64,000 bases of DNA from Candidatus Kinetoplastidibacterium crithidiae (GTDB lineage Bacteria > Pseudomonadota > Gammaproteobacteria > Burkholderiales > Burkholderiaceae_B): the NCBI GenBank assembly GCA_027557655.1, contig CP064915.1, positions 719,808-783,807 on the forward strand, in the 5' to 3' direction. Below are positions 62,862 to 64,000 of the stretch, in pieces (position 1 is the first letter of the stretch; the number at the start of each line of letters is the position of its first letter). A model generated the notes under the pieces. It ran no database searches, was not told the origin of the DNA, and was given only the letters and a program-made list of their open reading frames with translations. Made by a program: the position numbers and the translations under genes.

Positions 62862-63047
62862 CTAGATATCTGAAACATCAATAAGATAATTCACTTTACG
62901 AACCATTCCTCTCACTTCAGGGGTATCATTTAAAATACTAGTACTATTTACCTTGCGCAAACCAAGACCTCTAATAGTATCACGATGATCTTTCCTAGTC
63001 CCTATCGTAGAACGTAAAAGCTGAATTTTTATCTGCTTATTAGTCAT
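62862..63047 (-). CDS. rpmD: 50S ribosomal protein L30
   Basis: 61 aa, [27 protein letters not shown]. Confidence 0.9.
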   Translation of the reverse strand: MTNKQIKIQLLRSTIGTRKDHRDTIRGLGLRKVNSTSILNDTPEVRGMVRKVNYLIDVSDI

Positions 63048-63052
63048 AAAAA

Positions 63053-63574
63053 TTACCCCAAAATTTCCTCAACACTTTTACCTCTTTTAGCAGCCACCTC
63101 TGATGGAGTAGAAGAAGAACGCAAGCCATTAAATGTAGCACGAACTAAGTTATAAGGATTACTAGAACCTAAACTTTTTGCAACAACATTCCGTACTCCC
63201 ATTACTTCAAAAATAGCACGCATTGGACCACCAGCTATAACACCAGAACCCTCAGATGCTGGAGAAATAATAACTTTAGAAGCACCATGCTTACCAATCA
63301 CAACATGCTGTAAAGTACCGTTTCTTAAAGAAACCTTAAACATATTACGGCGAGCTTGTTCCATAGCCTTTTGCACAGACATAGGAACTTCACGAGCCTT
63401 TCCCTTACCCATGCCTATACGGCCATCCCCATCACCAACAACGGTCAAAGCAGCAAAACTCATCGTCCTACCTCCCTTCACCACTTTACTGACACGGTTT
63501 ACTGCTATCATTTTTTCACGCAAACCATCATTGTTTTCTTTATCTGTATTACTTTTGCCTTGTACTTTGGCCAT
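63053..63574 (-). CDS. rpsE: 30S ribosomal protein S5
   Basis: [25 protein letters not shown]... Confidence 0.95.
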   Translation of the reverse strand: MAKVQGKSNTDKENNDGLREKMIAVNRVSKVVKGGRTMSFAALTVVGDGDGRIGMGKGKAREVPMSVQKAMEQARRNMFKVSLRNGTLQHVVIGKHGASKVIISPASEGSGVIAGGPMRAIFEVMGVRNVVAKSLGSSNPYNLVRATFNGLRSSSTPSEVAAKRGKSVEEILG

Positions 63575-63588
63575 TTTTTGAACCCTCG

Positions 63589-63954
63589 TTAAAACTTTAA
63601 GCCAGCATTACGTGCTGCATCCGCAAGTTCTTTCACTCTACCATGATAACGAAATCCCGAACGATCAAAAGCAACTTGATCAATTCCAGCAGCTTTAGCT
63701 TTTTCTGCAATACGAGCACCAACTATAGCAGCAGCTATTTTATTACCACCATGTGTAGTTTGAGCAGAAACCAAAGAACGCACTTCCGCTTCTATAGTGG
63801 AAGCACTAACTAAAACTCTATCTCCATCAGGCGAAATAATATTTGCATATATATGCAAATTAGAACGAAAGATAGAAAGACGATTAACCTGTAATTCCCT
63901 AATTCTACGTCTAGTTGGAACTGCTCGACGTAATCTGGAATTTTTTTTATTCAT
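63589..63954 (-). CDS. rplR: 50S ribosomal protein L18
   Basis: 121 aa, [30 protein letters not shown]. Confidence 0.95.
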   Translation of the reverse strand: MNKKNSRLRRAVPTRRRIRELQVNRLSIFRSNLHIYANIISPDGDRVLVSASTIEAEVRSLVSAQTTHGGNKIAAAIVGARIAEKAKAAGIDQVAFDRSGFRYHGRVKELADAARNAGLKF

Positions 63955-63981
63955 AACAACTATTCCTTATCTACGTATCTA

Positions 63982-64000
63982 TTATTTCTTCTTAGCTTCT
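63982..64000 (-). CDS. rplF: 50S ribosomal protein L6, last codons only (gene runs off the window edge)
   Basis: The reverse strand reads ...EAKKK-stop (stop at 63984..63982), the same C-terminus as E. coli L6. The spc-operon order rplF-rplR supports the call, but only 6 codons are visible. Confidence 0.5.

Overview
This is a very AT-rich, tightly packed window. My hand counts on 120-nt samples give about 27-33% GC for most genes. TGA and TAA are both used as stops, so the standard bacterial code applies.

Gene content and order look like a reduced betaproteobacterial genome of Burkholderiales/Alcaligenaceae type. Supporting features: infA sits between secY and rpmJ, a Baf-type coaX overlaps birA, hprK lies next to hpf, and cyaY is divergent from lptM-lysA. 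The best guess is an obligate endosymbiont of the Candidatus Kinetoplastibacterium kind. That taxon is inference and cannot be verified without a database search.

I call 68 CDS (two cut by the window edges), one clear pseudogene and a few hairpin or terminator elements. I saw no rRNA, tRNA, CRISPR array, transposase, integrase cassette, phage gene, toxin-antitoxin pair or defence genes.

Gene content falls into these groups:
- **Respiration:** cytochrome bd (cydAB).
- **Cell envelope:** a complete elongasome and peptidoglycan set (mreBCD-mrdA-rodA, mrcA, a PBP5/6-type carboxypeptidase, dolP).
- **Translation:** gatCAB with aspS, and the spc/alpha ribosomal operon (rplF to rplQ).
- **Biosynthesis:** lysine/arginine/aromatic/cofactor genes (argB, dapF, lysA, aroKB, panB, hemB, metK, pyrE, coaX, birA).
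- **DNA repair:** uvrA, ssb, ung, xthA, ogt.
- **Proteolysis and regulation:** hslVU, dksA.

I did not find a convincing novel multi-gene system. The signals most worth a second look are:
1. A multi-lesion lptB pseudogene, with rpoN and ptsN deleted around surviving hpf and hprK.
2. A compositionally atypical DASS-transporter plus Ldh_2-dehydrogenase operon.
3. A 52-codon LptM/YifL-like lipoprotein gene absent from the supplied ORF track.
4. A Cys-less (zinc-independent type) DksA directly downstream of a COG0523 zinc-chaperone-like GTPase.
5. Several structured or oversized non-coding spacers.
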